From NCBI GenBank assembly GCA_010909165.1, contig MU008175.1, forward strand, positions 1,128,971 through 1,192,970: 64,000 nt of DNA, in the 5' to 3' direction. This stretch comes from Anthoceros angustus (lineage: Eukaryota > Plantae > Anthocerotophyta). The position numbers and the translations under genes are program-made. Positions 13,401 through 24,493 of the stretch are shown here, piece by piece. Under the pieces are notes generated by a model. It was not told the DNA's origin and did no database searches. It saw nothing but the letters and a program-made list of their open reading frames with translations. Position 1 is the stretch's first letter. Each line of letters opens with the position of its first letter.

Positions 13401-13486
13401 CTGAAGAAGGGCTGAAACTGCTGTCTTCCAGAATGGGGATCGAAGAGTACGTTCCCCATCACGTAGCCGCCGGCAGAGGTACCTAA
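10430..13486 (+). CDS. PLS-class PPR RNA-editing factor with E1/E2 and WW-type PG box
   Basis: Intronless ORF with a transit-peptide-like N-terminus, repeated P-L-S triplets and C-terminal WKQPGQSWWTDMEGFVHSFLVGD. Confidence 0.93.
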   Translation: MALRRSSALLGRGPAQLASRNQALANNEAVTWATIVPGLRRDKQKFQEAARLAPTSDWRVLDDGDARRPAAHQRSTTADAVSTLCKTGQLAEAVEALGVLVLTDCQIAKFLFYTVVKQCVAVKDLSLGRRVHALTVKKGYESDTFLGNHILRMYASHATLQEAMDVFTMVAKPDAFTWSAIISAHVQHGQDKQAIELYDRMRRSSVKPDGHVFVAALQACARGADLKFGQQVHAEVLAAGVEHDLFVSSCLVDMYAKCGSLADAQRVFDGLFQKNVVTWSTMIAGYSQQGMGQEALHLYRAMQQEGIVAPDSMTFVSLLQACASVGAPALEEGRRLHAQVRERGHQADVFVANSLVNMYAKCGSLEDARGVFDRLGKKTVVSWNAMISGYSQQGRGQEALHLFSAMQEECVTGPNSVTFVCLLQACASMGTTALEKGRELHAHAKERGLQAHLAVGGSLVNMYAKCGSLEDARGVFDGLSQKNVVTWNAMLAGYSQKGRGHEALDIYRSMQEEGVVEPDSVTFVTLLQACASVGTQALEKGKQLHSHIEDRGFQADVFVGNSLVNMYAKCGSLDDAQGLFDRLPQKDVVTWNAMIAGFSQKGMGLEAFHLFNIMQQQDGSAPNSVTFVSILQACASIGNQALDKGKELHAQIRQRGLEADIFVASSLVDMYAKCGSLEDARGMFDRLGNKNVVTWSAMIAGYSQQGMGLEALGLYRAMQDEGIVAPNSVTFVCLLHACASVAALNVGRQIHGQIIDQGLQDDVNVSNSLINMYAKSGSMVDAQQVFDALSERDVITWGGLIAGYTRQGNSERVFDLVLRMKEESIKPDGITFISVLTVCSHTGLVNKGQKYFEDMTRQHGISPTADHYACMVDLLGRAGQLDEALALVRTMPVVPNAAVWHTLLGACRKWGNVEVGCHAFEEAVKLDKQDAAAYVLMSNIYLDAQMWEQAQETQARRRGLGAWKQPGQSWWTDMEGFVHSFLVGDKKHLEAEEGLKLLSSRMGIEEYVPHHVAAGRGT

Positions 13487-13737
13487 CCATGGACGAAAGA
13501 TCAGACGGATTTGTGTGGAACAGCGAGAAACTGGCTGTTGCCAAATAAGACACAGAGGGGAGCCCGGACTGATTGTGAAAAATTTGGGGTTCTTGTTGAC
13601 TGCCACACGCACCTGCCACCATGTTCAGAGGATGAAGCGAACCGCGTACCGTTTGCAGGATGGATGTCCGGTATAAGCGCATGTGCCCAGGCATACTGGT
13701 ACGAATCTTGCGGTTTGGCTGCCTGTAATGATATGGG
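13440..13737 (+). pseudogene. Frameshifted DYW cytidine-deaminase domain continuing the 10430 PPR
   Basis: Motifs in order across frames: EYVP, LCG(H)SEKLAVA (13511-13542), LIVKNL (~13568), VDCH (~13595), VCR (~13651), ACND(Y)W (~13721-13737). Confidence 0.8.
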
Positions 13738-15349
13738 ATGCACTTTACTGAAGTTCAAACCCTCAGCTGATGGACCGATTATCCAGTTCATGCAGGTAGG
13801 TCGGTGTCTTGGTTGATGCCTCGAACTCAAAGGCGCCCGGCCTGCTCAAGGCTTGACGGATTTAGTCAAGAAGATGAGATGTGCCAGACATGGACACCTT
13901 TGACATCAGGAGACTCCCGTTTTGACATGGGCAAGTGTTGTACTCCAACGTTGAAGAGAGACAGCTTCAATGTTGGCGTTCACGTAGGCGGCAGCCACAC
14001 CTAGTGCGAAAACGATGATAGACGTGTTTATAGCACAAAGGGCCGACGGGTTTTTGAGGTTCATGATCACAGCTCGGCAAGAATCATGCATTGGGCTTCT
14101 GGAGTAGCGAGGAAAGGCAAACAAAATGCAGCCGGCATTATTAAAGACATGAAGTTGGGGGCATCAGAATTGAGTATGATTACTGAGCAGAGTTCTGCTT
14201 TTCAGCAGGGATGGGCAACGTCGTGGTGGCGACTCTGCGAGTCTTGATGAAGTGGGATGCTCGACAAAGCCGACAGAGACCGCTTGACAAGGGAGTTCAT
14301 CCTTTCCTCATTCTTAATCGCCATTTATTTGCTCTTTTTCTCACTGTCCAATGACCTGATTTGTATGTTCTCATTGTTTTCGTCCAGGGTTCCCTCAGCT
14401 AACTAGCCTGAAGCTGAAGCAGGGGAGACGTGATTATCATGGGTCATCCGATCTCGTATCTTCTCCATTCGTAAAATTTGGAATCGAAAAAAATAGGAAG
14501 TTGATAACTAGATAGGGAGTGTACAATACATATCACTTAATATTTACCAATATGCACTTCGAAAGTCCTACCACCACATACCTACCTAGTCTTCCATGGC
14601 CCGGCCAGGGCGGAGAGTTTGTAATTGCAGATTTTACCACGGTACTTATTGTTAGCAATTTGGCAACATTGGCAGATGAGAATTGAAACCTACCGGTGGT
14701 CTCATCTCATGTTCACGATGTCATCTCCTTCCTGATAGCAAAATGATCCCAAAACTGTCGTACATTGCGAACTGGACTTCCCACATGTTTCATACACATT
14801 GGAGCAAAATTGCGGCAAGCAAAAATTTATGTGCGGTGGTGGCATCCGCTCTGTTCATCTTATTAATCTCTACATTGATCTCTCGTCGAATGATGAACCG
14901 CGGGCGGTGATCTGCCCTCGGGTGATGGATGCCTCAAATGAAATGCTTTAAAAGGCCAACATAGGAGATTTTGTTGTCAGCTTACGTGGTGTATCTGCGT
15001 CTAACGGATTACAAGGCACCAGAACATGGAAGTTGTTGTGCCGGGAATGTGCATTTTAGGCGATGGTTTTGGATAAGCCAGATGGTGGCAGATTTTGGAC
15101 ACAAAAAGCAGAACAAGTTTGTGACAACGGCAACTGCCGAGATCTGTTGTTTGGGCAGTTTTTGGACACAATAAGAAGAGAAGAGATTTGTGAGAATACG
15201 ATCGTTTGGGGACAATTCCAGTTTCGGCGAAGAATCAGGAGCTATGACTTGTTGTGGTATCGCTGGCCTATGATGGTGTATCAGAGCAGGCTGCAGAGCA
15301 TGAAGACACTTTTCTGAGGCATGTAGATGTGACAGAAAACCAGAGCACA

Positions 15350-17608
15350 ATGATTCCTAACGAACCTGAAAAATCCAAGAGTGTGCCAACACTTGTCACA
15401 ACTAAGACCGTCTTTGCAACGGTGCTGTTGAATCTCCTCCTCTTGCTTCTGGTCAGCTCCATTCAAGTGAAAGCGCTTCTCGTGCTTTGGCGTTGGTACT
15501 CGGGATTTGTGTCGGATGGAAGCCCGCGGTCCACGATTGAAGTTTCCCCTGCAACTGTTGTGCCATCTGCTTGGACACAACATCTATCCAGCGGGGAAAA
15601 CACTTTCAGGCACGAGATCGACGGTTGCTGGACACAGGCATATGAAGGAATCTTACCGACGTGTGAAATCGGTTCTGACAAAGAGAAAAGATCAAGGATA
15701 GCATTGGCTCTTGCCAACTGCTTCTTGTCTTCATCTGGCTTTCCGCAGGCTCACTGCCCTGACACCAGGCCCGCGCTGGAATGCACCGCCGATTTTCCAG
15801 ACGACGTCCATTCCATTTTTGTTGTATTCTACAATGAAGCACATTCGATCTGCCATCACCTGCAGTGAGTTCTTCATCCAAGGCTCTGGTTTGTACCGGA
15901 CGGATTGCTTGTCCGCCTCTTGCCCCGCAATGTTCTGAGCCGTAAGAGTTTGATTCTGAGACTGGCTCATGTGGAAGGACAGAAACAGAATTCAACACTT
16001 GTTGAAAGTTCTCTAATCCTGGGTTGTGCAGAAGGACATCTGAACTTCAGACTGGGAAGGCGCCATGTGATGATGAGATATTAGGAAGAGCGGCGGAAAA
16101 ATTACAGGGAATTGGTTCAGTTACCGTGACAGAGGCAGAGGCGGACGGTCTGGTTTCAACCCCAAACGCAGCGGGTGCGGTGCCTGTAGGGACGGCAAAT
16201 AGGATTGAGTCGGTACTAACAGAACTGTCGGCCATAGCCTCAGACGCGCAACGAGGCATGGAGGTAAAAAGTTGGACTCGTTGCGTTTCTTGCATCCAAG
16301 AACATTAGCGGTCCTCATGAGACTAACCTTCGTTGCTGCCAGACTGTGCTTATGTCTCAAGATCATATGCTGCAGCGGCAAAGAACACTAGCGGAAGCAT
16401 TGTCTCTGGAACTTACGAGGTTGCAGACAGATCATGCTGATATTGCTGCCCCGGTAATCGCATTTCTTCAGGAGGTGCCGGAACTCAGGGAACCACCAGA
16501 GATTGACAAGAACTCAGAAGTTTGGACGGCCATGGATGAGAGCACGTCATCACTCCATCAACTGTCGGAATTGGCAAGGCTGCACAAAGACGAGTTCACA
16601 AGCTGGCAAGGTGAACTGGACGCGATGTATCAGCGCCTAGCAGATGGCTCGTCGGAGCTGCTGAAGTCTCAGGTCATTTTTCTTGGACATGCATCATTCC
16701 ACTGCTTCTTATGATTCATGAATGAGTAGAAAATATCCCCCGGAATTGCATGTTGTGCTGTACGTGTGTTCGGCAATCCAGTAACAAGCGTTGCCCTAAC
16801 TTTGAAACAGGCGGCTATTGCAGCAAAGCAGGCTGTAGCTGTTGAATCATTGGATAACCTGTTCTCTTCATATGATGTGATCGTGGATGACAGAAAACCT
16901 CTGAAAACGTTCTTTTTCTATCTAGTCTTTGCTTCTGTTTTGTACTTCATCACCAATATCAGGCAGACCCACGGAGCAAGGATGCTAATTTACTACGGTT
17001 AGGACAATGGTCGTCCTTAGTGCAATACCAAGATGATCCATCTGCTATCTTCTAGAAGCCCTTGACCTTGCCCTTCTCTATTTTGTGTTATTGACCGTAA
17101 AGTGTACCTGAGACAATGTTAGTTGCAGTTCTTCTTCCAGGCTTATGCTTGGAGGTATTGTTGGTCCTCCTTCAAGTGACCGGGTCATTGAAGAAATTGC
17201 GGACGCTTAATGTTGAGCTGTCCTGGATCAGAGGAGCCGTCACTGCCTTGGAATTCCTGGGATTCGACTACAAAACTAGAGCTTTGAGGTGTTTTCCAGT
17301 ATCTGTATCTTTGCAAGGAGGCACAACAAGAGTGTTTTTCGATCTAATTTATTAGTGCATGTGCAGAAGTATGGCGCTGTCATTGTTCAAGCCGCTGGTG
17401 GTATTCAAGAGGCTTCTGGCGGGCACAGAAAGTGAGAAACAAGTCTGTCACGTACCACCTTGCAGAGCTTGTGTTCTATCCCGTGCTGACGGTTTGTAAA
17501 CTTGGCCCAGAAGCTGCGGACACAAGCGATCCTCTTTATCGTCTCCCTCGAAAGGAACATCGGCAACGGCACCGATACATGCTCCGCGAAGGAGTGAGGA
17601 GGTACTAG
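15350..17608 (+). CDS. GEX1: GEX1 (GEX1/KAR5/Brambleberry family nuclear-membrane fusion protein)
   Basis: Signal peptide, then the Cys-rich domain CWTQAY...C...KRSRIALALANCFL..SG...C.......C.....VHSIFVVFYNEAHSICHHLQ. Coiled-coil exons at 16032-16263 and 16343-16672, TM exons at 16811-16997 and from 17141, and a C-terminal DPLYRLP...RYMLR. The 3' exon structure is uncertain. Confidence 0.8.
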
Positions 17609-18196
17609 TCTATTACTGTGAAAAATGACACGAAGCAGCCAGTGAACGGCAATTTGACGGCTTGCTCCTCGTTTCTCACAGGCCTGATCGTGTGCGGCCC
17701 ATAACCGCGGACTTCCTCGACACAGAGTCGGTGGAAGAGTTCACAGCGAGGATCATGAATGGCCGTCCATTTGATGATGACTGATGGGACAGGCAACAAT
17801 TTCTGACAAACATCCTCAACACAGCGGAACATCAGAAGGATTGATCACGTTGCAGAAGAGCCATTCGAGAACTGTCTACAAGTGGCTGGGACGAATTGGA
17901 AGTTGTGTTGTCTCTTCAGGCCCACTCTCGTTTGGAACGTTGCAAGTTGACCTGTCCTTCAGCTCATGCTTTAGGTGATGGAGGGCGCTGCACTTGTGGG
18001 TGGTTGGTGTTGTTAGCAATTCACTTCGTCATTCAGGTCTTTTGAGAGCAGCAGAGCTGAGTAATGCCTCTGCAATGGTATCCCTGCTGCCAAAGTGAGT
18101 ATATCCAGTTACTTAAGGTAGAAGCCACCATTTGCAAACCGTGTGCTGTCATCTTGACTTCCAGGGCGATGTAGCTACCGGTGTGCCTGGCAACTA

Positions 18197-21100
18197 TTAC
18201 TCCTCCCTGCTTTTGGTATCCCGAATGTGGTTCAGCTGTAAAGTTACCTCTTCTAACAGATCGTAGAGTTGCTCATGCTCTGGATGCTCGCAGTCTCCTA
18301 CCATAAAACTGCGTACTCCCTGCTCATACTCAATCCAGCTCTGGCCAGGTTCCTTCCGAGCACCTTCCTGTTGCCTTAAAGCATGCACCTCCATGGCGCG
18401 GTGAGGAAGGCCAGCGGCAGCATAGATCTGAGACATCAAGACGTATGCTGCAGCATGTTTAGGTTGTAGACGCACTGCAAATTCAAAAACCTGTTGTCCC
18501 AGCACTACGTTGCCGTGCTTCCGACAGGCACCCAGCAAGCACAGCCAAATTTTTAAGTCAGGTTGTATTGGCATTTTGGCTATGAACTCTTGCACCTCTG
18601 TGAAGTAGCCTGCACGTCCATACAGGTCCACCATACTGACATAATGCTCAATCTCTGGTGCCAATCCATGATCTTTGCTCATGGATTCAAAGAATTTCAC
18701 CCCTGTATCCACAAGGCCAGCATGACTGCATGCCGAAAGAAGTGAAACAAAGGTAACAATGTCTGGCTTGATACCCGCAAGCTGCATTTTATCATAGCAC
18801 TGCAGGACTAGTTGACCACTTCCATGCTGTGCATATCCTGCGATCATGGCATTCCATGTCACCACATCTCGTTCGGGAAGCCTGTCGAAGACTTCACAGG
18901 CCTCCTGTAAGCTGCCACATTTTGAGAACATGTCCACCAAGCAGTTGCCGATAAGCACGTCGGCCTCCAATCCTCGGTTCTGAATCTCGCGATGCAGTTG
19001 TTTTCCTTTATGTAGAGCTCCAGCGCTCGCGCATGCTTTCAACAGGTAGGAAAAGGTGATGGGATGTGCTGGAGTGATCCCCTCAGCTTGCATACTAGCA
19101 TAGAGAGCAAGAGACTCATGGCCAAATCCATGCTGAGCATATCCTGCGAGCATTGCATTCCATGACCCAACTTCTCTTATAGTCATCTTGTCAAACACAC
19201 TGCGGGCATCCTCTAGGCTGCCACATTTGGCATACATGTCCACCAGACAATTTCCAATAATTACGTCAGATTGAAGCTCCCTTTCCTGGATCTGCAAATG
19301 CAGATTCTTGCCCTGATTTAAGTCTCCAATGCTCGCACATGCGTTCAAGAGACAAACGAAAGTAACGTGATTTGCTGGGTAGATGCCCTCCTGCTGCATG
19401 CTAGCATAGAGAGAAAGTGACTCTTGACCAAGTCCATGCTGGGCATATCCTGCAATCATGGCAGTCCATGTGACCACATCTTTAACAGTCAACGTGTCAA
19501 ATACTTTCCGAGCATCCTCAATGCTCCCGCATTTTGCATACATGTCAACGAGGCTGTTGCCAACAACAACAATTGATTCTAAACCCTGATCCTGGATTTC
19601 GGAATGCAGCTTCTTGCCGTAATGCAAAGCTTCAAAGCTTGCACAAGCTTTAAGGAGACACAAAAATGTCACAGCATCGGCTGCAGTCAGGCCCTCCTCT
19701 TCCATGGCCACATAAAGAGAAAAGGCCTCCTGACTACACCCCTGATGAGCGTATCCTGAAAGCATTGCATTCCATGTGACTACAGTTTTCATAGGCAGAT
19801 TGTCAAAGATTTTTCGCGCATCCTGTAGACTACCACATTTTGCATACATATCCACCAGGCAGTTGCTAATTACAACATCTGCTTCCAGTCCTCTTTGCTG
19901 TATTTCACAATGAAGTTGTTTGCCCTCATGCAAGGCTCCAATGCTGGCGCATGCTCTCAACAGGCAAACATATGTCACATGATCAGCTAGAGTGATGCCC
20001 TCCTCTTGCATCCTCCTGTACAAAGAGAGGGCTTCCTGAACGAGACCATGCTCAGCATATCCAGCAATCATAGCAGTCCAGGTCACCACATTTTTTGTAG
20101 GCAAAGTGTCAAAAACTCTGCGTGCATCTTCTACACTCCCACATTTTGAATACATATCCACAAGGCTGTTGCCAACAACCACATCAGCTTGAAATCCACG
20201 AATTTGAATCTGGGAGTGAAGGTCCTTCCCCTCATCCAAAGCTCTGGAGCTGGCGCATGCTTTAGCAAGGGAAGCAAAAGTAGTATGATCAGCTGGAGGG
20301 CCGTCCTCCTGTTGCATCACTGCATACAAGCTCAGAGCCTCATGACCCAGCCCATGCTGGGCATATCCTGTGATCATGGCATTCCAAGTCACAAGATTCC
20401 TCGTAGGCATCCTCTCAAACAATTTTCGAGCATCTTCCAAGTTTCCACATTTTGAATATCCTGTCACCATGGCAGTCCATGTCACTGTATCCTTTTCTGG
20501 CATTGCATCAAATACAAAGTGGGCATCCTCCAAGCTGCCACATTTTGCGTACATGTCTATCAAGGAGTTTCCAACAAATATATTTGCTTGCAAGTTACTC
20601 TGCAAAATATCAGCATGGACCTCCTTCCCTGATGCAAGATCTTCTGCACACGCACATGCTTTCAGAACTGCTACAAAGACATAATTGTCTGGTGTAGCTG
20701 CTGCTGACTGTCGCATCTGTGCATAGAGTTTTATGGCATGCATAGGCTGCCCATGTTCAGCATGTGCCAGAATAATTGAAGACCACAAGAAAGTGTCTAC
20801 ATCAGGCAGGCTGGTAAATACCTGGGCTGCTTCTCGCAACAGCCCATGAGAAGCATACATCCGGATGATGTGGTTGGCCAGGAAGGTGTTTGACTGATAC
20901 CCGGTCTTGAAAATAAGTGCGTGAATGAGCCTCCCAACGGGAAGATACCTCTGTGCAATGCACAATCTAAGAACACGGTACATGAGAGGTGTAGAGACAT
21001 AGAAACCTCGCTCCACCAGAAGGCCCAACTGCTCAATCGCGGCACGGAGCTGTCCCTCCTCAGTCCAGAACTCAGCACCAGGAGCTGCTTCATACTCGAC

Positions 21101-21545
21101 CGCCCTACAAGGTCGAAGGGACTATCAAAAACAGTCATTGCACAAGCAGCCTACTTGCCATGCGACAGTAGTCTTCGAAGGTTGCAAACCGATACTGTAC
21201 TACAAGCAAATGCAGCTGAAAACGACCAAACCTGCAGAACTCGTCAGGTCCCTCGTGCTCAGGTCTGTGGGCGCGACCCACAGCCTTGGGAACTGGTGGC
21301 TTTCTTCCATCATCGTACGGAGGGTGTGAGCCACCCACCAAGGCTGCGGCGATGGAGTGCTTGTTGCACTGGTTGTCCCAGCACAAGACAGGATCGGTCG
21401 GGTGTGCACTTGATTCCCCGGGGCTGGTTTCGGACTTGCAAAGTTCTGCTGCTCCTGCCCACGATGTCCTGCAACAGTCCTTCAAATTGCTGCGTCTGGA
21501 GTGACTTTGAATCAAGGGAGTCACCAAATGGCGACCTTTCTTCAT
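18197..21545 (-). CDS. PLS-class PPR protein, E+ type; 2 exons
   Basis: Exon 1 is 21545-21232, the intron is 21231-21105 (GT..AG, phase 2) and exon 2 is 21104-18197. Ends KEPGQSWIEYEQGVRSFMVGD..HP with no HxE/CxxC. Confidence 0.92.
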
Positions 21546-21975
21546 TTGCCCTGTGATAGCGCCATTGCGCTGCCGACCGCCCTTCTCTCTTCAGGCAAGG
21601 ACGCGTAATCCCACTGCTCCTGACTTGGTAGCTGGGCATTTCAGACTCTTCACCGTTGTTGGCATTCCTGCATATCGGCCTGTTAAATCAGGGACGCACC
21701 TTGGTCGTCAAACAGAGCAGAACGGCTCATCCGTCGTCCCAACCGTGTGGCCAGCCAAGGGACAATTCAACTGCCGAATTCCACCGTTCAAGAAGAGATT
21801 CGTCAGTGCACTTCGACAGGCAGAATGTCTCACTGGAAGGGACTTCCACGATGCCCGATCCGGATGGCTTTTCGATGTTTTCCGGCTTGTTCAACCCTGG
21901 CTGTTGAAATCTCTCGCTGGGTATTGTCTAGATGCCGTGGTATCCGTTTTCTGGCAAGGTCTCATTGTCCACTGT

Positions 21976-24224
21976 TTATGACGTCGCCGTTGTGACGTCT
22001 CCGTGACCTTCCTTCTTCAGCTGAAGGCTCACTTTTCCTAAGAAGTCGTGAAGTTCTTCATACTGTGGATGGTGGCCGTCTCCAACCAGAAAGGTATGCA
22101 CTTCTTGCTCATGCTCGATCCAGCTCTGGCCAGGCTCCTTCCATCCACCTTGCTTCTCCCTTAACATATGCAGCTCTGTTGCATCCTCAGAAATACCCGC
22201 AGCAGCGTAGATATGTGACATCAAGAGATACGCAGCTGAGTGCTCGGGCTCAAGGTGTACTGCACAACTGAATGCCTCTTCTCCCAGTACTATGTCTCCG
22301 TGTTTGCGACAGGCACCAAGCAGACACAACCACAGGGCCAGATTAGGCTGCACCGGCATGTTCAACAGCAGGGCTTCTACCTGTTGGAAGCATCCTGCAC
22401 GCCCAAAGAGGTCGACCATACTAACGTAATGATCTATCCCTGGTGTTATTTCATGTTCTCTCATCATGGATTCGAAGTACTCAACCCCCTTGTCCACCAT
22501 ACCAGCATGGCGGCATGCAGAAAGAAGTGAAAGAAAGGTAACGTCGTTAGGCTTAACCCCTGCCTGCTGCATTCCGTCATAGCACTGCAGGGCTTCTTTG
22601 TAGTATCCATGTTGAGCATATCCTGCAAGCATCGCATTCCATGCCACAACATCTCTGACGGACAGCTTTTGGAATACTCTGCAAGCATCTTCCAAGCTGC
22701 CACATTTTGCATACATGTCCAGCAGGCAGTTGCCTATAACCAGATCGGTTTCTAGTCCACTTTCTTCGATCTGGGAGTGTATCTTCTTTCCTTGATTTAA
22801 GGCTCCAACGCCGGCGCACGTTCTCAACAGGCAGACATATGTGACGTGGTCAGCGGGAGTGATACCCTCCTCTTGCATCCTTGTGTACAAACAGAGCGCT
22901 TCTTGACAAAGGCCTTGCTCAGCATATCCAGCAATTAAAGCAGTCCATGTCACCACATTTTTTGTGGGCAGTCGGTCGAACACTGTGCGTGCATCCTCTA
23001 CACACCCGCATTTTGCATACATGTCCACCAGCCCGTTGCCTACAAACACATCAGCTTCCAGTCCACGTATTTGAATCTGAGAATGAAGGTGCTTCCCCTC
23101 ATTCAAAGCTCTTAGGCCGGCACAAGCCTTCACCAGGGAGGCAAAAGTAGTATGATCAGCGAGAGGGCCGTCCTCCTGTTGCATCCCTGCATACAGTCTC
23201 AAGGCCTCCTGGCCCATCCCATGCTGAGCATATCCTGTGATCATGGCATTCCAGGATACAAGATTCCTTGCAGGCATTCTGTCAAACAATCTGCGAGCAT
23301 CTTCCAAGTTTCCACACTTTGCATATCCGGTCACCATGGCAGTCCATGTCACTGTATCCTTTCTGGGCATTGCATCAAACACAAAGCGAGCATCCTCCAA
23401 GCTGCCACACTTTGCATACATGTCTACCAAGGAGTTGCTAACGAATATGTTTGCTTTGAAGTCACGCCGCAGGACATCAGCATGGACCTGCTTCCCTGCT
23501 GCCAGATCCTGTGCGCCCGCACATGCTTTCAGGACTGCCACAAATACATGATTATCGGGTGTGGCTGCTGCTGAACGTCGCATCTGTCGGTACAGTCTTA
23601 TGGCATGCACTGGCTGCCCATGTTCGGCATGTGCCAAGATGATCGAAGACCACAAAAACGTGTCCACACAATCCAGGCTTGTAAACACCTGGGTCACTTC
23701 GTCCAACATCCCATGAGAAGCGTACATGCGGAGAATGTGGTTTGCCAGGAACGTGTTTGACTGATACCCGGTCTTGAGAGCCAGTGCATGAATGAGCCTC
23801 CCAACAACAATATCCTTCCTTGCCATGCACATTTGAAGGACATGGTAGATGAGAGCTGCTGAGACGAAAAATCCTCTTTCCACCAGACAGCCCAATGCTT
23901 CAACAGCATCATCAAGAACTCCCTCCTCAGGCCAAATCTCTGTCACCCTGCAAGACACAGAAGCTGTCAAAAGAACAGCCCAGAAGACTTGCAGACTGAA
24001 AGCAGATGGGTCAAGCCAAACCTCTCAAATTCGTCAAAATCCTGGAGTTCAGGTGCAGGCTTGTCGGAAGGAGCCGCAGCCTTGGGTGGCCCTGCTTCCT
24101 GCGAGACACCCAACAGGACCGAAGTGGCCCCGTGCTTGATGCCCACACTGCATGGCACTGCTGATGACAGATGTCGTGTGTACGGCTGCATCAAGCGGGC
24201 CACCACATTGCCCGCTCTCTTCAT
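21976..24224 (-). CDS. PLS-class PPR protein, E+ type; 2 exons, tandem paralog of the 18197-21545 gene
   Basis: Exon 1 is 24224-24022, the intron is 24021-23948 and exon 2 is 23947-21976. Same intron position and same SS-like motif (DTVTWTAMVTGY.KCGNLEDAR). Ends KEPGQSWIEHEQEVHTFLVGD. Confidence 0.92.
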
Positions 24225-24493
24225 TTGTGTCTCTGCCAACGGCTCTTCATCAGAACTGGATCGCCAAGTGCGATGGATCAGATGGGCCTGTGTTGTTGGG
24301 GGAATTTTTCCATGGAATCATGGCAAACAATTGGGGCTGTGCGCGGGGCCTTCACAGTGGCTTGCAGGGAAACCCACAAGCAGGAGAGGCGGTGCTTCCA
24401 TGTGGAGGCAACTTGCAGAGATCCGGATGTGACTGCGGAGACGTGTGTAAGGACTTCGGGAGGTCTTAGCTCCTTGCTCAGCGGGCGTTTTGG
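24225..24493. promoter_or_regulatory. Putative bidirectional promoter between two head-to-head PPR genes
   Basis: The divergent ATGs at 24224 (-) and 24494 (+) are only ~270 bp apart. Confidence 0.55.

Noticed and set aside
13750-14460. Possible additional coding region after the DYW remnant (e.g. MIDVFIAQRADGF)
   Set aside because: No continuous frame or recognisable domain.
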